Positions 15,244 to 22,511 of a stretch of 30,599 nt of DNA are shown here, one piece after another. The notes beneath the pieces are model-generated. The model saw nothing but the letters and a program-made list of their open reading frames with translations, did not search any database and was not told the origin of the DNA. The first letter of the stretch is position 1. Each line of letters starts with the position of its first letter. Position numbers and translations under genes: made by a program. This DNA comes from an uncultured Candidatus Saccharibacteria bacterium. GTDB taxonomy: Bacteria > Patescibacteriota > Minisyncoccia > Phycocordibacterales > UBA12079. The stretch lies in NCBI GenBank assembly GCA_964383545.1, contig CAYLHD010000004.1, positions 1-30,599 of the forward strand. The letters run 5' to 3'.

Positions 15244-15257
15244 CCGGTAGGGTCACA
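15244..15257 (+). repeat. Direct copy of the tRNA-Glu 3' end
   Basis: CCGGTAGGGTCACA is identical to 15043-15056 (14/14). Confidence 0.88.
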
Positions 15258-15352
15258 TGTATAAAATATAATAGCTTTAGATCTTTAGAGTTATACAAAC
15301 CTATAATTGTCTGGAATTAAGAAATTAAATTGTTTATAATAGTCTATGTAAG

Positions 15353-15426
15353 GGGCGGTTAGCTCAGCTGGTTAGAGCGCTTCATTGACGTTGAAGAGGT
15401 CACAGATTCGAATTCTGTATCGCCCA
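15353..15426 (+). tRNA. tRNA-Val(GAC)
   Basis: Acceptor GGGCGGT/ATCGCCC + A73, D arm GCTC/GAGC, anticodon arm CTTCA-TTGACGT-TGAAG, T arm ACAGA-TTCGAAT-TCTGT. CCA not encoded. Confidence 0.93.
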
Positions 15427-15431
15427 CAGAT

Positions 15432-15459
15432 TTGCATGGTTTTAGTGATAGAGTATAAT
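15432..15459 (+). promoter_or_regulatory. Probable promoter for the DUF389 gene
   Basis: TTGCAT, 16 bp, TATAAT, ending 10 nt before ATG 15470. Confidence 0.5.
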
Positions 15460-15469
15460 ATATATTTAT

Positions 15470-16195
15470 ATGAGATTATTTATATTTAATGGTGTTGAAG
15501 AAGCAGATAAAGCTTCTGCGGTTAAGAAATTAATTACTCAAAGTACTCCGAGTCAAGATTTCTTTTTTATGATGGCTCTTTCAATTTTGATGGCTGTCTT
15601 TGGTATTTTATTGGAAAGTGTTGCTGTCATAATAGGAAGTATGTTAATCGCCCCCTTACTTTCGTCTGTTTTAAGTTTATCTTTAGGAATTACAATGGCT
15701 GATTCTAAATTAATACGAAGATCTTTCCAGACAATTTTAAAGTCTTTGATTCTTGGTGTTGCTGTTTCAACGGTGGCAACTCTTATTTTTGGTGCAAAGG
15801 ATATACCAGAATTTTTTATCGTAAGTTCTGATCCTTCGTTACTAGCTGTAGCTGTAGCTATTGTAGCTGGCTTTGCTGCAACTTTTGCTTTAGTTAAACC
15901 TAAGTTGAATGAAACTTTACCTGGAGTGGCTATTGCTGTAGCTTTGATTCCACCTATCGCTTTTATCGGAATTGGTTTGGCAGAGATGAGTTGGTCGATG
16001 ATGACTAATGCTCTTATTTTGTTAGGTCTGAATATTGCTGGAATTATTTTTGCTGGGATGATTACTTTTTCTTTAATGAATTTTTATACAAAAAAGAAGG
16101 TTGCAGAAATAACTGTTATTAAGGAAGATAAGAAACTAGAAGAAGAAGAACCAAAAGAAAAATCAACTGAAGATGAACAAGCTAGTTCTATTTAA
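15470..16195 (+). CDS. TIGR00341 / DUF389 family membrane protein
   Basis: SVAVIIGSMLIAPLL and LPGVAIAVALIPP motifs, multiple TM helices. Confidence 0.87.
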   Translation: MRLFIFNGVEEADKASAVKKLITQSTPSQDFFFMMALSILMAVFGILLESVAVIIGSMLIAPLLSSVLSLSLGITMADSKLIRRSFQTILKSLILGVAVSTVATLIFGAKDIPEFFIVSSDPSLLAVAVAIVAGFAATFALVKPKLNETLPGVAIAVALIPPIAFIGIGLAEMSWSMMTNALILLGLNIAGIIFAGMITFSLMNFYTKKKVAEITVIKEDKKLEEEEPKEKSTEDEQASSI

Positions 16196-16202
16196 ATTTT
16201 AG

Positions 16203-17117
16203 TTAATTTTTAAGCCAAGAATAGATATTTTCAAGGGCTTTAATAGCGTCGCCAACAGCGATGCCATTTTGGTGATACAGTCCATGGGTACAGTCTCCTG
16301 CGGCCCAAATTCCTTCTACAGAAGTTCTATGTGTTAAAGTATCTATAAGGATAGCTTTGTGGTCATTTTTATCTATAAAGTCAATAAATTGAGTGGTTGG
16401 TGTTGATCCAATTTCTACGAAAACACCTTTAGCAGGAATTTCTATTTCTTTTTTGTTTTCGGTATTTTTATAAATAACAGATTTGATAAAATTATTTCCT
16501 TTAATTTCTGTTATTTGAGCGTTAAGAACAAGATCAAGATTTTCAATATTAGACATTTTTTGAATAGTGGTTTCATCAGCTTTAAATTTGGCAGAACGAT
16601 TTAAAAGGGTTACACTTTTCGTGTATGCTAAGAGTTGAGAAGCTGATTCAAAAGCTGAGTTTCCACCCCCAACTACTATTACATCTTTGTTTGTAAAAAG
16701 AGGACCATCACAGGTGGCACAATAAACTAGACCTTTTCCTTCGAATTTTTCTGCGTCTAAACAATTTAATTTTTTTCTAGAACTACCTGTTGCAATTAAA
16801 ACAGCTTTAGCTGAGTAAGTTTGTAAATTAGTAGTTATTTTAAACAATTTATCTTCCTGCTGTTCAATTTTTTCAACTTTTTCTTTCTTGATGTCAACTA
16901 TATCTTGGGAATAGGCTCGAAGATGATTTTCAAGATTTTCTGCTAATTCTTGACCAGAAAGAGTTATAGTTCCTATCCAATTTTCTATTTTAGATGAACT
17001 AGAACTTTGTCCTCCAAAGCTTTCAGCAAAAAGAATAGATTTTATTTTTTTTCTGGAAGCATAAATACCAGTTGTTACTCCAGCAGGGCCACCTCCTATA
17101 ATAGCTAACTCATACAT
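16203..17117 (-). CDS. trxB: Thioredoxin-disulfide reductase-like FAD oxidoreductase
   Basis: IIGGGPAG FAD motif, YCATCDG redox CxxC, VVGGGNSA NADPH motif, WAAGD. Confidence 0.85.
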   Translation of the reverse strand: MYELAIIGGGPAGVTTGIYASRKKIKSILFAESFGGQSSSSSKIENWIGTITLSGQELAENLENHLRAYSQDIVDIKKEKVEKIEQQEDKLFKITTNLQTYSAKAVLIATGSSRKKLNCLDAEKFEGKGLVYCATCDGPLFTNKDVIVVGGGNSAFESASQLLAYTKSVTLLNRSAKFKADETTIQKMSNIENLDLVLNAQITEIKGNNFIKSVIYKNTENKKEIEIPAKGVFVEIGSTPTTQFIDFIDKNDHKAILIDTLTHRTSVEGIWAAGDCTHGLYHQNGIAVGDAIKALENIYSWLKN

Positions 17118-17122
17118 AAGAT

Positions 17123-18325
17123 TTATTTTTTATTTCTTTTTAAGAAAGAAGGGATAGCGTCCCATGAATCTTCTTCATCATCTTCTGGAATTATTATTTC
17201 AGCCTCTTTTGGTTTAAATTCTTTGTCTTTATTTTCTTTTTTCTCATCTTCCTCTTTTTCTTCTTTTTTATTATTTGAACCTCCAAAGATACCTCCTTTA
17301 TTTTCTTTTTTAGGTTCTTCTAACTCTTCTTTAATTGTTTTTTGGAAAAATCCGCCACCGTTTTTTTCTTGATCTTTAAAACCCGTAGCAATTACTGTTA
17401 CTTTAATTTCATCTTTCTTTAACTTATCTGTTCTGGATGTTCCAAAGATAACTTTAGCATCAGGATCAATGGATTCTGTTACGATTTTAGCAGCGTCTTG
17501 AATTTCACTGATTGTTAAATCATCTCCACCGGCCACTGAAAGAAGTACTCCTTTAGCTCCTGATATTGATATATCCAAAAGAGGTGAATTAATTGCACTT
17601 TTAGCTGCTTCCTCAGCTCTTTTTTCTCCAGTTGCTTTACCTATTCCCATAAGAGCTGGTCCAGCGTTACCCATAACAGCTAAAATATCAGCAAAGTCAA
17701 CATTGATTCTACCTGGAATTGTGATTAAGTCTGAAATACCTTCTACGGCTTCTTTTAGTATTTTATCGCTCATAGCAAAGGCATTTTCCATGGTGGTACC
17801 TTCTGGTGCAACATTTAGAATACGATCATTGGGAATAACGATAATAGCATCAACTTCTTGTTTAAGTTTTTCTAAACCAACTTTAGCTATCTCAGTTCTT
17901 TTAGCTCCTTCAAATGAAAAAGGTTTTGTTACGATAGCTACTGTTAATATACCAAGGTCTTTTGCAATTTTAGCAACAATTGGTCCAGCTCCTGTACCTG
18001 TTCCACCGCCAAATCCAGCTGTTATGAAAACCATATTAGAACCTTTTAAAATATCTTGAATTTCTTCAGCAGTTTCTTCAGCAGCTCTTTTTCCTAAATC
18101 AGGATCCATGCCAGCTCCTAAACCATTAGTTAAATTTTTACCAATATGAATTTTCTTTTTTGCTAGGGAATGATGTAAATCTTGAGCATCGGTATTTATT
18201 ACAACAAATTCGACTCCTTGAACTTTGGATTTAATCATATAGTTGGTAGCATTTTTACCTGCTCCTCCAACTCCGATTATTTTAATTCTAGCGAATGCCT
18301 CAACGGCTGTATTAATTTTTGGCAT
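17123..18325 (-). CDS. ftsZ: Cell division protein FtsZ
   Basis: GVGGAGKN, NTDAQ, GGGTGTG tubulin signature, INVDFAD, charged linker and C-terminal AIPSFLKR peptide. Confidence 0.99.
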   Translation of the reverse strand: MPKINTAVEAFARIKIIGVGGAGKNATNYMIKSKVQGVEFVVINTDAQDLHHSLAKKKIHIGKNLTNGLGAGMDPDLGKRAAEETAEEIQDILKGSNMVFITAGFGGGTGTGAGPIVAKIAKDLGILTVAIVTKPFSFEGAKRTEIAKVGLEKLKQEVDAIIVIPNDRILNVAPEGTTMENAFAMSDKILKEAVEGISDLITIPGRINVDFADILAVMGNAGPALMGIGKATGEKRAEEAAKSAINSPLLDISISGAKGVLLSVAGGDDLTISEIQDAAKIVTESIDPDAKVIFGTSRTDKLKKDEIKVTVIATGFKDQEKNGGGFFQKTIKEELEEPKKENKGGIFGGSNNKKEEKEEDEKKENKDKEFKPKEAEIIIPEDDEEDSWDAIPSFLKRNKK

Positions 18326-18521
18326 ATTGATTTCTTTTGTTTAACCTGTTAAATAAAATTTAATTTTCTTTTTGTTGGGTATTTCTTATTAATAATGTAA
18401 TTTGTTTATTTTCTGTCATTAATTTCTGTTAAATTTTAATATTATCTCCTTGAGAAATAATGTTATTTAATCGGGTAATTGATAATGTTTTTTGACTAAA
18501 AACGATTATCTTGTAGTTTCT

Positions 18522-18550
18522 ATACTATCAGAAAAAGTGAAACTATACAA
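18522..18550 (-). promoter_or_regulatory. Internal promoter for ftsZ overlapping the ftsA stop
   Basis: Minus strand TTGTAT (18550-18545), 17 bp, TG-A-TAGTAT (18527-18522). Confidence 0.5.
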
Positions 18551-19715
18551 AGAATTGTTTGACCCATTTTTTTACCTTATTTTTAATATTTTTTGCTATA
18601 TCTATCGCGGAAAGAGGCTTCTCTGCTAAGTTTGAACCAGCAAAACAAAGGCCGCAAGCTATTGCCCAGGTGGAATCTTGAATCTTATCTTGATTAGAAT
18701 TTAAAAAATATAAATTAGCGTTTTTAACCGGTAGTTTTAGATAAGCTTTAGCTAAATCTTTTATGGTGGTTATACCAGAACCGCCTCCCGAAATTATAAT
18801 ACCAGCTGGAAGAAGTTCGTTTCTATTTATTTTAATTAGGTGATTTTCTATTAACTTAAAGATATTTTCAAGACGTTTAGTAATAATATCATCTAACTCT
18901 CTTCGAGAATAAACTGTTGATGTCATAACACCATGTTTAATTTTTTCTGCCTCTTCTAACTCAACTTGAAAGCCCAAAGCTATATCATGGGTGATATCTG
19001 TTGAACCAGTTGGGAAAACTTCTAATGAAATAGGAAGATTGTTTTCGAAAACTACTAAAGAGATGGTCTCAGCTCCTATATCAGCTAACACACATCCAGC
19101 AATTCTTTGAGATTTAGTGAGAGTAATGCAACTACTAGCAATGGGGGAAGCTACCACGTCACCTTCTACTTCAATTTGAGCATCTTCTACGGCTTGAATT
19201 AAATTGTCATGGTGTTGTTCCAAGCAAATAATTAGGAGAGATTCTACTTTTAGCTTTTCACCTTTCATTCCTATGGGGTCACCTAGAACATCTCTGTTAT
19301 CTATTTTAAAATCAAAAGTAACCGTGTGAATAATTTTTTTATTTAAGAGCGGTGCTTTTTCTTTACTTTTTTCAATTGCGTTATCAATGTCTAGTTTTGT
19401 TATTTCAGAATCAGCTCGAGTAATTATAGTTGTTCCTTTAACTCTAATTCCTTCTAAACTTTCACCTCCAATTGAAATAACTGCTTTTTTTACTTTTACC
19501 TTAGCATTATTTTCAGCTTGTTTAACTGCTTGAATAATACTATTAGTAACATCTCCTTTGTTTATTATGTAACCATGTCTGAGGCCTTTAGAACGAGATA
19601 AACCCCTTCCAATAATACGTGGAATAACTTTATCTTTATTTTTAACCAACTCTGTAATAACCACCTTTATCTGGTACGTGCCTACATCTATTCCTGTTAT
19701 AATTTTTCTCGTCAC
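18543..19715 (-). CDS. ftsA: Cell division protein FtsA
   Basis: GIDVGTYQIK phosphate 1, LADIGAET phosphate 2, AEKIK, ISGGGS, C-terminal KVKKWVKQFFV amphipathic helix. GTG start; directly upstream of ftsZ. Confidence 0.95.
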   Translation of the reverse strand: MTRKIITGIDVGTYQIKVVITELVKNKDKVIPRIIGRGLSRSKGLRHGYIINKGDVTNSIIQAVKQAENNAKVKVKKAVISIGGESLEGIRVKGTTIITRADSEITKLDIDNAIEKSKEKAPLLNKKIIHTVTFDFKIDNRDVLGDPIGMKGEKLKVESLLIICLEQHHDNLIQAVEDAQIEVEGDVVASPIASSCITLTKSQRIAGCVLADIGAETISLVVFENNLPISLEVFPTGSTDITHDIALGFQVELEEAEKIKHGVMTSTVYSRRELDDIITKRLENIFKLIENHLIKINRNELLPAGIIISGGGSGITTIKDLAKAYLKLPVKNANLYFLNSNQDKIQDSTWAIACGLCFAGSNLAEKPLSAIDIAKNIKNKVKKWVKQFFV

Positions 19716-19838
19716 AATGATAAATTAATTTAAAGTTTTTAAAATTAAAAGTTTACAAAGGAAGAATATCCCTTTGCAGGGAATCATCCGTTAGGATGAC
19801 AATTTTTTAAAATTAAAATACTAAAAAAATATAGACAA

Positions 19839-20219
19839 TTAAAGATTGAATTTATTTCTTACTTTTTTTTCTTCCTCTTCCATTTTACTACTATGTTCGT
19901 AACCTTTCAAATGGAGTAAACCGTGGATAAACAAAAAACCTACAAAATCGTTATACTTTCTTTCAAAACGAAGGGATTGTTTTTTCGAGAGAGGTAAGTT
20001 TATGAAAATTTCTCCGGCAGTTTTTGATAGAGGAAAAGTTAAAATATTTGTTGGTTTGTCAATTTTTTTGTGTTGTTTGTTTAATTTACGTGATAGGTCA
20101 TTACCAATTAAAACTAAGCTCAGCTCGTAATTTTTGCCTAACACAAATTCTTTTATTAATTTAAATTTTATTGGGGGATTTTTCTTTCTGGTAGTATTTT
20201 TTATGTCCATCATATCCAT
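19839..20219 (-). CDS. ybeY: rRNA maturation endoribonuclease YbeY
   Basis: HGLLHLKGYEH metal motif, KPTNILTFP, GEIFI. Start is ambiguous (ATG at 20219, 20213 or 20210). Confidence 0.87.
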   Translation of the reverse strand: MDMMDIKNTTRKKNPPIKFKLIKEFVLGKNYELSLVLIGNDLSRKLNKQHKKIDKPTNILTFPLSKTAGEIFINLPLSKKQSLRFERKYNDFVGFLFIHGLLHLKGYEHSSKMEEEEKKVRNKFNL

Positions 20220-20245
20220 CAATTAAAACATAAAAACGGTGAAAT

Positions 20246-20280
20246 AAAAAGAGACGAGCCTGCGTGGCTCGTCTCTTTTT
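20246..20280. terminator. Intrinsic terminator after rpsU, symmetric
   Basis: AAAAAGAGACGAGCC / GGCTCGTCTCTTTTT, 15-bp perfect stem with a 5-nt loop. Confidence 0.85.
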
Positions 20281-20285
20281 ATTTT

Positions 20286-20522
20286 TTATCTTAATCTATT
20301 TTCTGCTAACTTACCTAGTTTTATGAGTTTCTTGATTTCTTCTCTTTTTTCGATTTTCTTTAAAGTTTCTTTCTTTTTTATATATTTCGAAGTAGGTTTA
20401 TTACTATATCGAATAGAACGAACCCTTGGAAGAATCCCAGCATTACGTATTCTTTTAGTAAAACGACGAATAATACTCATGTCGTTTTCGTTATTTTTCT
20501 TAGTTACTTCTGCATTTATCAT
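20286..20522 (-). CDS. rpsU: 30S ribosomal protein bS21-like
   Basis: 78-aa basic protein; VTKKNNENDMSIIRRFTKRIRNAGIL fits the S21 V-x-K-x-x-E...LRRF-K pattern. Confidence 0.75.
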   Translation of the reverse strand: MINAEVTKKNNENDMSIIRRFTKRIRNAGILPRVRSIRYSNKPTSKYIKKKETLKKIEKREEIKKLIKLGKLAENRLR

Positions 20523-20528
20523 AGCAAT

Positions 20529-20557
20529 AAAGTATCACTTTTTACCAAAAAAAGCAA
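20529..20557 (-). promoter_or_regulatory. rpsU promoter, probably leaderless
   Basis: TTGCTT (20557-20552), 17 bp, TG-A-TACTTT ending 6 nt before ATG 20522. Confidence 0.55.
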
Positions 20558-20570
20558 TATTTTTAACTTT

Positions 20571-21698
20571 TTATTTTAATTGTTGTAAATAGGGAAGAAG
20601 ACAAGCTGTTGGTATCGTTTCTTGGCAAGCTTTTCTGAAATCTTTTATTATAACGGTATCCTCATCAGCTTCTTTTTGACCCATAATAATTGCATAAGGA
20701 ACATCAGAGTGTTTAGCTACTTCAATTTGCTCAGTCAATCTATCCATATAGAGGCTTTGTTGAATAATCAGATTTGATTGACGAAGCAATTCTATAATTG
20801 ACAAACTTCTTAATTTTGCTTTTGGACCAAATTGGATAAAATAAAATTTAGGTTTATTACAACAACAGGCTGGTACCTTTTTTGTTTTTACTTTTTTTAT
20901 TTCAATAGAGATACCCACGGCTGAAGAAATCTTTTTTCTAGTTATTCTTTCTGCTAAATCATCGTAACGACCTCCTTTTCCAAGTAAAACTTCTTCATCT
21001 TCGTCGGTGCAATTACTTTTTATTTCGAAAATAATTTTTGAGAATAAATCATCGTGGCTAATAAGGGAATTATTAATACGATAGGTAATATTTGTTGATT
21101 CAAGATGTTCTAGAACTTCTTTTAAATGTTTTTGACTCTTTTCAGATAAAAAGTAAATTGATTTAGGAGCGTTAGCTCTAAGCTGTTTACATTCTTTGTG
21201 ATTACAGGTAAGCAAATTTAAAATATCTCCTGTTTTTTCAAAGTCTCTACATTTAGGATGCAATTGGTCAATATTTTCTTTGTAATAATTAGTTAATTCT
21301 TCTTTAAACAAAGTAAATGATTCTTTATCACCAACACTATTAATGTCTACAGAGACGTCATTAAAACCTTCTTCTTTTAAAGCTGTAACAGCTGTTTGAA
21401 TAACTATGGCTTCAGCAATACTGTTTTCTACTCCCATAATGTCAAAGCTAAAATTATTTAGTTTCGGTGTATTTTTTTTAGAGATTCTATTATTTCTTAA
21501 AATAGCTCGATTATTATAAACCATCGAGACAAGACTATCTTCTTCTTTTCTTTTTTTAGCTAAATATGATTTTAGTACTGTTATTTTTTCTTCAGGACGA
21601 AAAGAAGGAATTCCGTTTATATGGACGGGAGGAATTTTTGTTGTTTTGAAACCATAGTGTGTTGCAATCTTGTCTACCCTGTTGATTTTTTTAAGCAT
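20571..21698 (-). CDS. Degenerate histidyl-tRNA synthetase-like protein with a C-terminal HGTP anticodon-binding domain
   Basis: Retains INSVGD, LLTCNHKEC, LGKGGRYDDL, AVGISI and PYAIIMGQKEADEDTVIIKD. Motif 2 (YERPQxGRxRxF) and RGLDYY are not recognisable. Confidence 0.75.
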   Translation of the reverse strand: MLKKINRVDKIATHYGFKTTKIPPVHINGIPSFRPEEKITVLKSYLAKKRKEEDSLVSMVYNNRAILRNNRISKKNTPKLNNFSFDIMGVENSIAEAIVIQTAVTALKEEGFNDVSVDINSVGDKESFTLFKEELTNYYKENIDQLHPKCRDFEKTGDILNLLTCNHKECKQLRANAPKSIYFLSEKSQKHLKEVLEHLESTNITYRINNSLISHDDLFSKIIFEIKSNCTDEDEEVLLGKGGRYDDLAERITRKKISSAVGISIEIKKVKTKKVPACCCNKPKFYFIQFGPKAKLRSLSIIELLRQSNLIIQQSLYMDRLTEQIEVAKHSDVPYAIIMGQKEADEDTVIIKDFRKACQETIPTACLLPYLQQLK

Positions 21699-21791
21699 AA
21701 AAATTTAGTTAGAGCTCATAATTTCAAGTAAAGATTTGTAAGAACATGTTTTTATGTAAAGTCAAAAACTGAAAAATTAATAAACTATTTT

Positions 21792-22343
21792 CTAAAATTT
21801 ATTTAAACTTGCTGGGAAAAAATTAATTTTATTAAAGGGGAATAATCTTAGAAAAGCTCTGCCAACAATGAGGTCTTTAGGTAAAACTCCCCAAACTCTT
21901 GAGTCAGAACTAGCTGGTCGATTATCTCCCATGACGTAGTATTCATCTTCTTTTAAAGTTGTTTCTGTGTCTTTGCTACCAGTATTTTGTAAGTAGGGTT
22001 CATCTAATTCAAAACTATTTGGATTTTCTGTATTTTTTATAAAAACTTTTGAACTGGAAATTTTTACTGTTTCGTTAGGTAAACCAATGACTCTTTTAAT
22101 AAAAAACTTTTTAGGATCGTTGGGATACCTGAAAATAATTATTTCACCTCTCTGTGGGTCTTCAAAATTATAGGAAAGTTGGTCGACGATTAAGTAGTTG
22201 CCGGTTTCAAAATTAGGACTCATGGAAGCACCGCTAACTAAAAACGGTTGGGCGATAAACATCCTAAATGGTAAGACTATTAAAATGGCGACTAAGGAGA
22301 ATTTAAGTGTTTCTATAATAAAATTTTCTTTACTTTCACTCAT
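21792..22343 (-). CDS. lepB: Signal peptidase I
   Basis: VSGASMSPNF catalytic Ser, FIKRVIGLP catalytic Lys, GDNRPASSDSR. Confidence 0.96.
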   Translation of the reverse strand: MSESKENFIIETLKFSLVAILIVLPFRMFIAQPFLVSGASMSPNFETGNYLIVDQLSYNFEDPQRGEIIIFRYPNDPKKFFIKRVIGLPNETVKISSSKVFIKNTENPNSFELDEPYLQNTGSKDTETTLKEDEYYVMGDNRPASSDSRVWGVLPKDLIVGRAFLRLFPFNKINFFPASLNKF

Positions 22344-22352
22344 CTTGTAGAC

Positions 22353-22381
22353 ATTTTATTACAATCAAAGGTAAAAAGCAA
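22353..22381 (-). promoter_or_regulatory. lepB promoter
   Basis: TTGCTT (22381-22376), 17 bp, TAAAAT (22358-22353), 9 nt before ATG. Confidence 0.5.
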
Positions 22382-22475
22382 AAATTACAACACAATTTAA
22401 AATAAAAAAGATAAATCTTTGGAGGTCCAACCTCTACAGATATTGTTGAATACGTGAAAGTCAATAATTTTTAGT

Positions 22476-22504
22476 TTTACAATCTATGGGCTATCACTTA
22501 TAAT
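22476..22504 (+). promoter_or_regulatory. pth promoter, probably leaderless
   Basis: TTTACA, 17 bp, TATAAT ending 7 nt before ATG 22512. Confidence 0.6.
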
Positions 22505-22511
22505 TTATTGC

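Noticed and set aside
14238-15257. Interpretation as a CRISPR array, a prophage/genomic-island att pair, or tRNA introns
   Set aside because: Repeats are not regularly spaced or mutually identical; no integrase or cargo lies between the copies; each tRNA is complete and uninterrupted, and the outer copies lack D/anticodon/T parts needed to splice into a tRNA.
14417-15426. None of the three tRNA genes encodes CCA
   Set aside because: Common in many bacteria; it only implies a CCA-adding enzyme elsewhere.
9527-16203. Convergent gene pairs (mltG/hsp20, DUF389/trxB) separated by only 7 bp without terminators
   Set aside because: Ordinary in compact genomes; nothing in the sequence indicates antisense regulation.
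18360-18419. 19-aa minus-strand ORF in the ftsA-ftsZ spacer with an upstream AAGGAG
   Set aside because: The SD-like motif is far too distant from the ATG, and the ORF length is expected by chance.
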